A stretch of 28,152 nt of DNA from Bacteriovoracaceae bacterium (GCA_049599895.1 JBMYPC010000028.1:1-28152), one strand, 5' to 3'. Shown: positions 9,747-19,190, counted from the stretch's first letter. Made by a program: numbers and translations. The notes: generated by a model from the sequence alone, not told the origin.

Positions 9747-10145
9747 CTACTCTTCGTATTTCAAAGATGAATGGTGGGCAAGAATAACAGTTTGCTCACC
9801 ACTTACTCTGTAGACATAAGAGTAATCCGCCCAAGTTACGTCTCCGTTTGGTCCAACAAATTCATACTCCCCCATGTCGACAAGAATTTCATTATCACCA
9901 TGAATGGCCTTTGAATGAAAGACAACATCCTTCCAACCATGAGAAAGAAAACCGGCTCGACCTTCATCAGGATTTCCAACAAAGTAATCTTTTACATTCT
10001 CTTTTCCAACTCGAATGACCTTTGAAAGAGTTGGTTTTAAACTCGCACCATCGTCATAGAGCGACATAAGTTTTTCTAAATCACTGTTAACTACAGCTAT
10101 TCCCCATTGCTTCTGGGCTTCTTTTATTTTCAATGAGTTATCCAT
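9747..10145 (-). CDS. NTF2/SnoaL-fold protein resembling iota-class carbonic anhydrase (COG4875, CaMKII-association-domain-like)
   Basis: Motifs LY...LKPTLS, DYF, GEYEF, YSYVY and C-terminal HHSS. Start set at ATG 10145 behind the RBS GAGGTG. Confidence 0.7.
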   Translation of the reverse strand: MDNSLKIKEAQKQWGIAVVNSDLEKLMSLYDDGASLKPTLSKVIRVGKENVKDYFVGNPDEGRAGFLSHGWKDVVFHSKAIHGDNEILVDMGEYEFVGPNGDVTWADYSYVYRVSGEQTVILAHHSSLKYEE

Positions 10146-10305
10146 AATCACCTCGTTTTTGGGATATACTGAAAACGGTTGAGTTTTCAGGCGTCGCAGC
10201 CGGTTTGCGGCAAAGGGTACCAGTAGTACGCTTTGAAGCATCAAGCGGATTAAGCGTTAGCGCCCAGTGTTGCGAAGTTCCCTTACTCGAAATTTAAACC
10301 AATAC
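10146..10305 (-). ncRNA. Candidate structured cis-regulatory 5' leader (riboswitch-like, family not recognised)
   Basis: 54 of 100 nt are G/C at 10181-10280 in an AT-rich genome. Several hairpins and alternative pairings with the SD. Lies between a candidate promoter and the RBS. Confidence 0.5.
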
Positions 10306-10311
10306 TGCCTT

Positions 10312-10341
10312 ATACTATTCCCTTCAAATTCTCTTCGGCAA
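10312..10341 (-). promoter_or_regulatory. Putative sigma70 promoter for the leader and the iota-CA-like gene
   Basis: The minus strand reads TTGCCG-N18-TAGTAT. Confidence 0.4.
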
Positions 10342-10407
10342 CTAGACAATACCCAAACCAGCGAAACTTTGTTAAATTCGCCTCAGTACATAAAAAAGGA
10401 TCTTCAA

Positions 10408-11469
10408 ATGCAAGGTGATGTTCATAGCAATGTTCAGGAATATTATGGAAAAACTCTTCAGACTTCTTCTGATTTAAAAACAGATGCTTGCTGTACCAGT
10501 GCAAGTCTTCCTGATTATGCAAAAAAAATTATGGGCCAGATTCATGATGAAGTTCTCATGAAGTATTATGGCTGTGGGCTTATCCTTCCAAAACATCTTG
10601 AAGGAAAAACAGTTCTTGATCTTGGTTCTGGCTCTGGTCGAGATTGTTACATTCTTTCTAAACTTGTAGGTGAAAACGGCCGTGTCATCGGCGTTGACAT
10701 GACTGATGAGCAGCTTGAAGTTGCAAACCGTCATCTTGAATATCATCAAAAAGCTTTTGATTATAAAAAGAGTAATGTGAACTTTATTAAAGGAACTCTT
10801 GAAGAGCTCGACCAACTTGGTCTTGAGCCAGGCTCAATTGATGTTGTGGTTTCCAATTGTGTAATTAATCTTGTTAAAGATAAAGAGAAAGTTCTTGGTC
10901 ATATCTTCAAACTTTTAAAAGAAGGCGGAGAGCTTTATTTCTCTGATGTTTATTCTGACAGAAGAGTTCCTCAAGAGCTCAAAGACGACCCCGTTCTTTA
11001 TGGAGAATGCCTCTCAGGTGCTCTCTACTGGAATGACTTTCTAAGAATCTCAAAGACTGTAGGTTTTCAAGATCCTAGGAAAGTTGAAGATGAACCTCTG
11101 CAGATCCTCAATAAAGAAATTCAAAAGAAACTTGGTAATATCAAGTTTTATTCTGCAACCTACAGGCTCTTTAAAATCTCTGAACTTGAAACTGATTGCG
11201 AAGATTATGGACAGGCCATTCGATACAAAGGTGGTATCGAAAACTCTGAGGAGAGGTTTAATCTCGATGATCACCATGAATTTGTAAAAAATAAAATCTA
11301 CCCCGTCTGCGGCAATACATACCTTATGCTAGAAAGAAGCCGCTTCTCTGAGCATTTTGATTATTTTGGCGACTGGACAACTCATTACGGAATTTTTCCA
11401 GACTGCGGAAAACCTCTTCCATTCAGTGCTGGCAAGAGTTCAAGCGATAACGCGCAAAGCTGCTGTTGA
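10408..11469 (+). CDS. arsM: ArsM/AS3MT-like SAM-dependent arsenite methyltransferase
   Basis: SAM motif VLDLGSGSGRD. Cys motifs DACC, YYGCG, SNCVINL, GECLSGAL and terminal SCC. RBS AAGGA before ATG 10408. Confidence 0.8.
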   Translation: MQGDVHSNVQEYYGKTLQTSSDLKTDACCTSASLPDYAKKIMGQIHDEVLMKYYGCGLILPKHLEGKTVLDLGSGSGRDCYILSKLVGENGRVIGVDMTDEQLEVANRHLEYHQKAFDYKKSNVNFIKGTLEELDQLGLEPGSIDVVVSNCVINLVKDKEKVLGHIFKLLKEGGELYFSDVYSDRRVPQELKDDPVLYGECLSGALYWNDFLRISKTVGFQDPRKVEDEPLQILNKEIQKKLGNIKFYSATYRLFKISELETDCEDYGQAIRYKGGIENSEERFNLDDHHEFVKNKIYPVCGNTYLMLERSRFSEHFDYFGDWTTHYGIFPDCGKPLPFSAGKSSSDNAQSCC

Positions 11470-11754
11470 GAATCATTTTTTCCGACAGCACAATATCTAA
11501 CATTTCTTAATAAAATTCGAAGAAAGCCCTCTCATTTCCTAACTTTATTTATGGATGAGATTGAACATAATGGACTCAAATTTATCTCAAACGGAGTTTA
11601 ATATGAGTTTTCAATTTCCCATTAGTTTTTTCTCAGGTGACTGTATTACCTTAATCAAAAAAATTATTTTCTTTAATGAATCTCAAATTTCAGAATTCGA
11701 AAGACTGGAGTTTCAAAATAAAGGACCTCAATATCAAGACAGGTTCCTTGAGTC

Positions 11755-12351
11755 CTAATTGATCTTTTCAACACTTTGCCAAGCTGCGCCTTTTATCTTC
11801 ACACGATAACAAGCGCAGTTTGTAATATTCTGATCAGAAAACTTTTCTCTTAATTTATAATAAAGAACATTAATAAGAATTCCACCGTGAAGACTAATCC
11901 CAATAACTCTATGTTCACTTGGTAAGGCAATGGAATCAAAAAATTCATTAAAACGAGTAATTGACTCGAGACGGGTTTCTCCTCCAGGCAGAGAAATATT
12001 CAGATTGCCAGATCTAACGTCTCTCCAAGTATCCCACATATCGACACTGACAAGTTCATGGGCTTCGGCTTTGGTAAGACCTTGGGCCTCACCCAAATGA
12101 AGCTCTCTTAGTCTTGTATCAGAGATAAGAGGATAAGAATTTTTGGATCTCACTATTTTAGCCGTTTCAAAAGCTCTTTGGAGATCACTGGTATAGATAA
12201 TATCCAAGGGAGTCTCCTTTAGCTTTTCACCTAAAGTCGTTGCTTGAGATCGCCCTGTGTCATTTAATGGGATATCGATATGTCCTTGAATTCTCTTCGC
12301 TTTATTCCAGTCTGTTTCTCCATGGCGGAATAAATATAGTTCTTTTTCCAT
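11755..12351 (-). CDS. Histidine phosphatase (phosphoglycerate mutase-like) family protein
   Basis: FRHGETDWN, SDLQRA, LRE and HGG motifs. Start reassigned to MEKEL. Confidence 0.9.
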   Translation of the reverse strand: MEKELYLFRHGETDWNKAKRIQGHIDIPLNDTGRSQATTLGEKLKETPLDIIYTSDLQRAFETAKIVRSKNSYPLISDTRLRELHLGEAQGLTKAEAHELVSVDMWDTWRDVRSGNLNISLPGGETRLESITRFNEFFDSIALPSEHRVIGISLHGGILINVLYYKLREKFSDQNITNCACYRVKIKGAAWQSVEKIN

Positions 12352-12396
12352 GTAATAAATTTGGCAAAGGATTGGATAATTGGCTAATACTTTTTT

Positions 12397-12933
12397 ATGA
12401 GTTTTGAAATTGCAAAATCCCTCCACATAATCTTTGTGGTGACCTGGTTTGCTGGACTATTTTATTTTGTCAGGCTGCTTATCTATCATGTTGAAGCCCT
12501 TCAAAAAGATGAAACAGAAAAGCGAATACTGATCAATCAGTTTGAAATCATGGAAAAAAGGCTTTGGTATGGAATTACTTGGCCTTCAGCTGTCTTTACC
12601 CTAATATTTGGCGGACATCTTCTTAAAGACTTTCTGCCATTAAAAGATCATCCATGGCTTATTTCAAAGTTATGTTTTGTGGTCGGGCTTTATCTTTATC
12701 ATTTTCTCTGTGGCAGTATTTATAAAAAGCTTAAAAATGGAGTTAAAAGCTACAGTTCACAGTTTTTAAGAATTTGGAACGAAGTCGCTACGCTTTTTTT
12801 ATTTTCGATTGTCTTTCTTGTAGAGCTGCAAACACGATTGGCCTTTGGCTACGGTCTTCTGGCCTTAATGATTCTCGCCATTGTTCTGATGCTTTCGATT
12901 CGTATCTACAAACGTGTTCGAAAAGCTCCTTAA
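12397..12933 (+). CDS. hemJ: Protoporphyrinogen oxidase HemJ (CopD/TIGR00701 family)
   Basis: KSLHIIFVVTWFAGLFY..RL..YH, MEKRL, WL..KL and RIWNEV motifs. Confidence 0.88.
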   Translation: MSFEIAKSLHIIFVVTWFAGLFYFVRLLIYHVEALQKDETEKRILINQFEIMEKRLWYGITWPSAVFTLIFGGHLLKDFLPLKDHPWLISKLCFVVGLYLYHFLCGSIYKKLKNGVKSYSSQFLRIWNEVATLFLFSIVFLVELQTRLAFGYGLLALMILAIVLMLSIRIYKRVRKAP

Positions 12934-13023
12934 ATCTCTATAACCCCTTAGATTATTTTGACTTAGCTTGTAACTTGAAAAACTCAGGGTAAAATTAGCT
13001 TGTACCACCTTAAAGGCAACTCA

Positions 13024-15165
13024 ATGAAAAAAAACCTAGTAAAAGTCTTTGTTATCGTTCTCTTTCTGTCACTTATTGTCCTTGCCAATAAATATGAACT
13101 GCAAAATTATCTCACTCTCGATTTTCTCAAAGAAAACCTCGATCAATTTAAAAACTATTATGCTCAAAATCAATTTCAAACCATTGCCATTTTTATGGGA
13201 ATCTATATCTTAAGCACCGCTCTTTCGATTCCAGGAGCAACAGTCCTAACTCTTGGATCCGGAGCTCTTTTTGGACTTACTCATGGTCTGATCATCGTCT
13301 CGTTTGCAAGTACTATCGGAGCAACTTTTTCTTTCCTCGCAGCAAGATTTCTTTTAAGAGATTATGTCCAAAAGAAATTTAAATCTCGCCTTGCGACCAT
13401 TAATGAAGGTGTCCAAAAAGAAGGGGCATTTTATCTTTTTTCTTTAAGACTCATCCCTGCCTTTCCCTTTTTTCTTATTAACCTTGTTATGGGGCTTACA
13501 CCTATTAAGGTCATCACTTATTTCTTTGTCTCACAAATTGGTATGCTTCCCGGAACTTTTGTTTATGTAAACGCAGGAAAGCAACTTGGGAATATTGAAA
13601 GTTTAAAGGGAATCTTCTCTATTGAACTTATTCTCTCCTTTTCTCTACTTGGACTCTTTCCAATTGTTGCTAAAAAAATTCTTGGCCTCTTTCAAGCCAA
13701 ACAAGCCTATAAAGGTTTCAAAAAACCGAAGAAATTTGATTACAATATGATTGCCATTGGAGGAGGTGCTGCTGGACTAGTGACATCTTATATTTCAGCT
13801 GCGGTTAAGGCGAAAGTCGCACTCATTGAAAAACATAAGATGGGTGGAGATTGTTTAAATACAGGTTGTGTCCCATCAAAAGCTCTTATTCGTTCTTCAA
13901 AGGTCGTCCACTATCAAAAACGTGCTAAAGAATTTGGAATTGATGAAATTAAAGTTAGTTTTAACTTTAAAGATGTTATGAACAGAATTCAGAATGTCAT
14001 CAAAAAGATTGAGCCTCATGACTCTATTGAGCGTTATACCAACCTTGGTGTTGACTGTATTCAAGGTGAAGCGACAATCCTCGACCCTTGGACAGTAGAA
14101 GTTAATGGAAAAAAGCTCACCACAAAAAATATTACTATTGCGACTGGTGCATCTCCCTTTGTTCCACCAATAAAAGGAATAGAGTCTATTCCCTATCTCA
14201 CCTCAGAAAATCTATGGGGACTTGAAGAACTGCCTCAAAAGTTTATCGTCTTGGGTGCGGGACCAATTGGACTTGAAATAGCCCAAAGTTTCAACCGACT
14301 CGGCTCTGATGTGACTGTCGTTGAGATGGGCCCAAACATAATGGGAAAGGAAGACTCTGATGTATCAGAAGAAATCCATAATAGACTTAGTGAGGAAGGA
14401 GTGAAAATTCTGACTAATCACAAAGCTGTTGAGTTTCATAATGAAAATGGAAACTTTACTCTTAGCTGTGAAAACTCTGAACAAACGATCAAGCTTCCCT
14501 TTGATCAAGTCCTGGTTGCAGTTGGAAGACGGGCCAACATCAAAGGCTTTGGTCTCGAAAACCTGAATGTGGAACTAAGAGCGAATGGAACGATTGAAGC
14601 CAATGAATTCCTGCAAACAAACTACCCTAATATTTATGTTTGTGGCGATGTCACTGGCCCCTTTCAACTGACTCACACAGCAGCTCATCAAGCTTGGTAT
14701 TGTGCTGTGAATGGACTTTTTGGAAAATTCAAAAAGTTTAAAGTCGACTATAGTGTTATTCCCTGGTGTACATACACAGATCCAGAAGTGGCGACAGTAG
14801 GCCTGACGGAAAATATGGCAAAAGAAAAAGAAATTCCTTACGAAGTCACCAAATATGGAATTGATGACCTTGACCGCGCCATAGCAGATAGCGAGGATCA
14901 CGGATTCGTCAAAGTCCTCACTGAGCCAGGAACCGATCGTATTATTGGGGCTACTGTTGTCGGAAATCATGCCAGTGACCTTATTTTAGAATTTATTTCC
15001 GCCATGAAATTTAAAATAGGATTAAATAAAATACTTTCCACAATTCATATTTATCCAACTATGGGAGAAGCAAATAAGTATCTGGCAGGAGTTTGGAAAC
15101 AAAAACATGCTCCTAAAAAGCTTCTTGAATTTGTTAAAAGGTTTCATGAATGGCAAAGATCCTAG
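13024..15165 (+). CDS. DedA/TVP38 membrane domain fused to an FAD pyridine nucleotide-disulfide oxidoreductase (LpdA/MerA-like)
   Basis: N-terminal LRLIPAFPFFLIN and GMLPG motifs, then GGGAAG, GGDCLNTGCVPSK, GAGPIGLE and HIYPTMGE. No C-terminal Cys pair. Confidence 0.9.
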   Translation: MKKNLVKVFVIVLFLSLIVLANKYELQNYLTLDFLKENLDQFKNYYAQNQFQTIAIFMGIYILSTALSIPGATVLTLGSGALFGLTHGLIIVSFASTIGATFSFLAARFLLRDYVQKKFKSRLATINEGVQKEGAFYLFSLRLIPAFPFFLINLVMGLTPIKVITYFFVSQIGMLPGTFVYVNAGKQLGNIESLKGIFSIELILSFSLLGLFPIVAKKILGLFQAKQAYKGFKKPKKFDYNMIAIGGGAAGLVTSYISAAVKAKVALIEKHKMGGDCLNTGCVPSKALIRSSKVVHYQKRAKEFGIDEIKVSFNFKDVMNRIQNVIKKIEPHDSIERYTNLGVDCIQGEATILDPWTVEVNGKKLTTKNITIATGASPFVPPIKGIESIPYLTSENLWGLEELPQKFIVLGAGPIGLEIAQSFNRLGSDVTVVEMGPNIMGKEDSDVSEEIHNRLSEEGVKILTNHKAVEFHNENGNFTLSCENSEQTIKLPFDQVLVAVGRRANIKGFGLENLNVELRANGTIEANEFLQTNYPNIYVCGDVTGPFQLTHTAAHQAWYCAVNGLFGKFKKFKVDYSVIPWCTYTDPEVATVGLTENMAKEKEIPYEVTKYGIDDLDRAIADSEDHGFVKVLTEPGTDRIIGATVVGNHASDLILEFISAMKFKIGLNKILSTIHIYPTMGEANKYLAGVWKQKHAPKKLLEFVKRFHEWQRS

Positions 15166-15335
15166 TAACAGTATTCTTATTCTTTTCACTCAATGCCTTT
15201 GCATTTGAAATTATAACTCCCGAAAAGATGGCAACGATCTCTTCTAAAGTTTTTTCGCAAGCGCTATTTAAACTTTGGTTTATCAACCCCATCGACGAAG
15301 GATTAAAAGAAGGACTTCTCGGTCAGAAAACCTAG
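15150..15335 (+). CDS. Small signal-peptide-bearing ORF, possibly a truncated gene
   Basis: MAKILVTVFLFFSLNAFA is a clear Sec-type signal. Overlaps the upstream stop. Only 61 aa. Confidence 0.45.
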   Translation: MAKILVTVFLFFSLNAFAFEIITPEKMATISSKVFSQALFKLWFINPIDEGLKEGLLGQKT

Positions 15336-15736
15336 TCCCTATTCTTGTACTCGTCGTACTTTTTTGCTGAGCCTCTTACTTTCTCAGCAGGATATTTCTC
15401 AGCATTAATCATAATTTTTCTTTTGATTGAGGAGTCGAGATCAACTTTAAAGAGATCAACCAACTTCATAAGATAGAAAAGACTATCGACAATTTCATTT
15501 TCAATCTTTTCTTTTTCATTCGGCTCACTCTCAACCAATTGCTGAATCTCCTTGTCAGAGAGCCATTGAAGGATTTCCAATATCTCTGAAACCTCAACGC
15601 TCAGGGCTATTGCGACATTCTTAGGAGTATGGAACTGTGCCCAATCACGCTCATCTGCAAACCTATTAAATTTCTCAATAATTTCTTCAAAATCTTTCAA
15701 CTTTAACCCCATTCCACTTGGAATTCTCTTGTACAT
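15332..15736 (-). CDS. MazG-like nucleotide pyrophosphohydrolase (start uncertain)
   Basis: FADERDWAQFHTPKN..ALSVE.SE.LE..QW and NAEKYP motifs. Confidence 0.9.
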   Translation of the reverse strand: MYKRIPSGMGLKLKDFEEIIEKFNRFADERDWAQFHTPKNVAIALSVEVSEILEILQWLSDKEIQQLVESEPNEKEKIENEIVDSLFYLMKLVDLFKVDLDSSIKRKIMINAEKYPAEKVRGSAKKYDEYKNRD

Positions 15737-15754
15737 CCTTTACATTACTTCAGT

Positions 15755-16450
15755 ATGAATTCTACTCAAAATAAAAACACGGTCGCCATCGTGGACGATC
15801 TTCGTGAAAATCTTGAGACCTACAAAGAGATCCTCTCTGAGGATTTTAACGTCTATTTCTACGAAGATCCTACTATTTTCTCAAGTGAATTTACTCAGAA
15901 ACAAAAAGACATTGATATTGTTGTGCTCGACATCCATATGCCTCAAGAAAATGGATTCAGTATCTATAAAAAGATTCGTGCTACAAATAAGAAAACTCCT
16001 GTCATCTTTCTTACAGGAGACCCTTCAGAAGAACTTCTTGTTCAAGGCCTAGAGCTCGGAGCACATGATTTTATCACTAAGCCGGTTAGCCCTCGCGCTC
16101 TGATTGCAAGAATTCAAAATAAAATCGAAATGACCAGAAGTCTGAACTCAAATGACAACTCTACGACAATTACAATGGGAGAACTTAAAGTTGACCTTGA
16201 AATGCAACAGGTTTTCCTGAGCACTCAAGAAGTTCCTCTTACTCCAATAGAATTTAAGATTATTAAACTTCTTGTTAAATCACCTAATACAATCTTTTCG
16301 AAAGCAGAACTTATCCAAAAACTTTGGCCAAACACTGTTGTGAGTTCACAAAATATCGATACTCATCTTTCGAACCTTCGAAAGAAACTCTCGCCATTTT
16401 CCAATAATATTCGAACAGTTAAATCTAAGGGCTACTTTCTTAGAGTGTGA
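15755..16450 (+). CDS. OmpR/PhoB-family response regulator
   Basis: REC (IVDD, LDIHMP, FITKP) plus winged helix (LTPIEF, IDTHLSNLRKKL, IRTVKSKGY). Confidence 0.93.
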   Translation: MNSTQNKNTVAIVDDLRENLETYKEILSEDFNVYFYEDPTIFSSEFTQKQKDIDIVVLDIHMPQENGFSIYKKIRATNKKTPVIFLTGDPSEELLVQGLELGAHDFITKPVSPRALIARIQNKIEMTRSLNSNDNSTTITMGELKVDLEMQQVFLSTQEVPLTPIEFKIIKLLVKSPNTIFSKAELIQKLWPNTVVSSQNIDTHLSNLRKKLSPFSNNIRTVKSKGYFLRV

Positions 16451-17527
16451 TCAAAGAAACTTTTGAATTGCTTCTATGATTTTTTCTTTTGGGTTTTCCA
16501 TATTATCTCTTTCAAGAGACGAGGGAATGAAGTTAAGAATATCTCTTAAAACTTTTTCATCATCAAAATCATCCTCTTCAATAACCAAAGAACCTAATTT
16601 TGAGTTTGCTTCCATAGCATTATGAAACTGCTCATTTTTTTGAGCAATTTTAAGAGGAATAAAAATACTCTTCTTATTAATCGCGATCAGTTCACTTACA
16701 GTTCCTGCCCCTGCTCTAGAAACAATCACTTTAGCCGACTTAATAATATCAATGTACTCCTCACCAATAAAAGACAGTGGAAGATATCTTTCCGAACTAA
16801 GGTTTTGAAACTCAGCAAGATGGTTTTTCCCTACTTGGTGAATAATTTGAAAGTTCTCTTTAAGCACTTCAAGGTTTCTTTTGACAAAGTCATTTAAAAG
16901 CTTTGAGCCATTCCCTCCACCGGTGATAAAGAGAAGCGGGTTTTTGGAATCATTAAATTCAATTTTCTCCAATTGAGTGGTCTTGAGTTTTGAATCGAAT
17001 AATTCATCCCTTAAGGGATAACCCAAAAAGATCGTTTTTTCATTTGGAAAAAACTTCATTGAATACTCATAACTTACAATAATCATGTCAGCAAAATAAG
17101 AACAAATCTTATTGGCAAGACCAACTCTTGTGGTTTGCTCATGAATGATAATTTTCTTCCCTAAGACCCAAGCTGCAATAACCACAGGAACAACAACAAA
17201 GCCTCCCGTGGAAAAAATAACCTTGACCCTTGGGCGAATACTTAGGAGTTTTAAAAAAGCTTGGAGGCAGCCAATGGCAACCTTAAAAAAATCCAGCATA
17301 TTCTCAAAAGAAAAATATCTTCTCAGTTTTCCAGTTTGAATTGAGTGATAGTCGATTGAAAGCTTTGAAATAACCTCCTTTTCGACTCCATCAATTGATC
17401 CAATGTAGGACACAGGAATATCAGAAGTTCTCAAGATCGATTGAATCAAAGTCTTTGCTGGGACAACATGACCACCACTTCCCCCACCAGTAAAGACAAT
17501 TGAAGCTTTTGAAACTGTTTTAGGCAT
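16451..17527 (-). CDS. murG: Lipid II GlcNAc transferase MurG
   Basis: TGGGSGGHV, GKLRRY, HEQ, TGGGNGS and SRAGA motifs. Confidence 0.92.
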   Translation of the reverse strand: MPKTVSKASIVFTGGGSGGHVVPAKTLIQSILRTSDIPVSYIGSIDGVEKEVISKLSIDYHSIQTGKLRRYFSFENMLDFFKVAIGCLQAFLKLLSIRPRVKVIFSTGGFVVVPVVIAAWVLGKKIIIHEQTTRVGLANKICSYFADMIIVSYEYSMKFFPNEKTIFLGYPLRDELFDSKLKTTQLEKIEFNDSKNPLLFITGGGNGSKLLNDFVKRNLEVLKENFQIIHQVGKNHLAEFQNLSSERYLPLSFIGEEYIDIIKSAKVIVSRAGAGTVSELIAINKKSIFIPLKIAQKNEQFHNAMEANSKLGSLVIEEDDFDDEKVLRDILNFIPSSLERDNMENPKEKIIEAIQKFL

Positions 17528-17652
17528 CTGCGAACAACTCCATTTCGTTCTTAAAGTTAGGGCATAAAATACCCTTGAACCCTCTTATTATGTAATTTTA
17601 GACTATTTTTCTCGATAGATTAAATAAGAAAAACTTTATTGGGATTATAGTC

Positions 17653-19188
17653 ATGAGAAAAGCCTTTTTTATAAGCTACGGCCTTCTGGGAATTATCATT
17701 GGAGCCTTGGGATTTTTTGTTTCAGAGATACTCTACTCCCTGTTTATTGTCTATCTTCCTCTCGGTCTCTTAGCGATCTATGAGTCTGTTCAAAAGCATC
17801 ACACCATTATGAAAAACTTTCCTCTCTTTGGAAGACTACGCTATGTAATGGAAGCTTTAAGACCAAAAATTTATCAATACTTTATTGAAAGCGATACTGA
17901 CGGAACACCTGTAAACCGAATTCATCGTAGTGTTGTTTATCAAAGAGCTAAAAAGGCTTTAAGTACAACTCCTTTTGGGACTCAACTTAACATGTATGCG
18001 GAAGGGTATGAATGGATCAATCATTCAATGTCTCCCCTTGATTATGATGAAGTGAAACCTGAAAATTTGAGAGTGACAGTTGGGGGTCGTGATTGCAAGC
18101 AACCTTATAGTGCCAGTATTCTCAACATTTCAGCAATGAGCTACGGCTCTTTAAGTAGCAATGCCATTCTTGCTCTTAACAAAGGCGCAAATACTGAGAA
18201 CTTTGCTCACAACACTGGCGAAGGATCAATAAGCCAACATCATCTCAATGGTGGTGGAAGTCTCATTTGGCAAATTGGAACGGGTTATTTTGGCTGTCGA
18301 ACAAAAGATGGAAAGTTCTCAGAGGAGAACTTTAAAGAAAAGGCCAATATCGAAAATGTAAAAATGATCGAGATTAAGCTCTCTCAAGGAGCAAAGCCTG
18401 GACATGGTGGAATCTTACCGGCTAAGAAAAATACCCCTGAAATTGCAAAGATTCGAGGAGTAGAGCCTTATACAAGAGTTGTCTCTCCAGCGAAACATAG
18501 TGCTTTTAATGGGCCTAGAGAGCTTTTAAAATTTGTTCAAAAGTTAAGAGAGCTTTCTAATGGAAAACCTATTGGCTTTAAACTCTGTGTTGGAAGACCT
18601 GATGAAATTGATGAACTCTGCAAGATTATGGCGGAGACACAAATTTTTCCAGACTTTATTACCATTGATGGTGGCGAAGGCGGAACCGGAGCAGCTCCTC
18701 TTGAGTTCTCAAACTCAATTGGAATGAGTCTTGTGGATGGTCTTGTCACAATGACAGATGCGCTTCATAAATATGGGATAAGACAAGAACTCAAAATTTT
18801 TGCTTCAGGTAAACTCATTACTGGCTTTCATATTATTAAAGCTCTTTCCCTTGGAGCTGACGCCTGCTATTGCGCAAGAGCAATGATGTTAGCACTTGGT
18901 TGTATTCAGGCATTGGAGTGTAATAAAAACACCTGCCCAGCAGGAATTGCCACAACGGACCCAAACTTTGCAGCAGGCCTTGATCCAGATGCCAAGGCCA
19001 AAAGGATTGCAAACTTTCACCACCAAACAATTGAAGCTGTTGCAGAGATCCTTGCAGCTTGTGGAAAACACAAAACCTCAGAGCTTAAACGTAGTGACAT
19101 TTGGCGTCGAACAAGTCCCACTAAAATTGAAAGTTTTGAGCAAATTTATCCCCTGCCTAAGAAAGTTGCTTTTAAGGAATCTGCCTAG
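17653..19188 (+). CDS. FMN-binding glutamate synthase family protein with an N-terminal membrane anchor
   Basis: SAMSYGSLS, NTGEG, EIKLSQGAKPGHGG, DGGEGGTGAAP and the Fe-S motif GCIQALECNKNTCP. Confidence 0.92.
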   Translation: MRKAFFISYGLLGIIIGALGFFVSEILYSLFIVYLPLGLLAIYESVQKHHTIMKNFPLFGRLRYVMEALRPKIYQYFIESDTDGTPVNRIHRSVVYQRAKKALSTTPFGTQLNMYAEGYEWINHSMSPLDYDEVKPENLRVTVGGRDCKQPYSASILNISAMSYGSLSSNAILALNKGANTENFAHNTGEGSISQHHLNGGGSLIWQIGTGYFGCRTKDGKFSEENFKEKANIENVKMIEIKLSQGAKPGHGGILPAKKNTPEIAKIRGVEPYTRVVSPAKHSAFNGPRELLKFVQKLRELSNGKPIGFKLCVGRPDEIDELCKIMAETQIFPDFITIDGGEGGTGAAPLEFSNSIGMSLVDGLVTMTDALHKYGIRQELKIFASGKLITGFHIIKALSLGADACYCARAMMLALGCIQALECNKNTCPAGIATTDPNFAAGLDPDAKAKRIANFHHQTIEAVAEILAACGKHKTSELKRSDIWRRTSPTKIESFEQIYPLPKKVAFKESA

Positions 19189-19190
19189 AG

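Noticed and set aside
10146..10244. N-terminal extension of the 165-aa ORF
   Set aside because: A strong RBS precedes ATG 10145, so the extension is better explained as a structured leader.
10180..10290. Assignment of the leader to fluoride, ZTP, SAH or c-di-GMP-II riboswitches, or to pistol/twister ribozymes
   Set aside because: Only short partial motif matches; the key conserved nucleotides are absent.
10267..10407. N-terminal extension of the 400-aa methyltransferase ORF
   Set aside because: The RBS and family-like sequence start at ATG 10408; the extension covers the divergent promoter region.
11470..11758. 67-aa ORF and short frames after arsM
   Set aside because: No recognisable motif or RBS; possibly decayed sequence but unsupported.
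13024..15165. Calling the reductase mercuric reductase (merA)
   Set aside because: It lacks the C-terminal Cys pair and there are no mer genes nearby.
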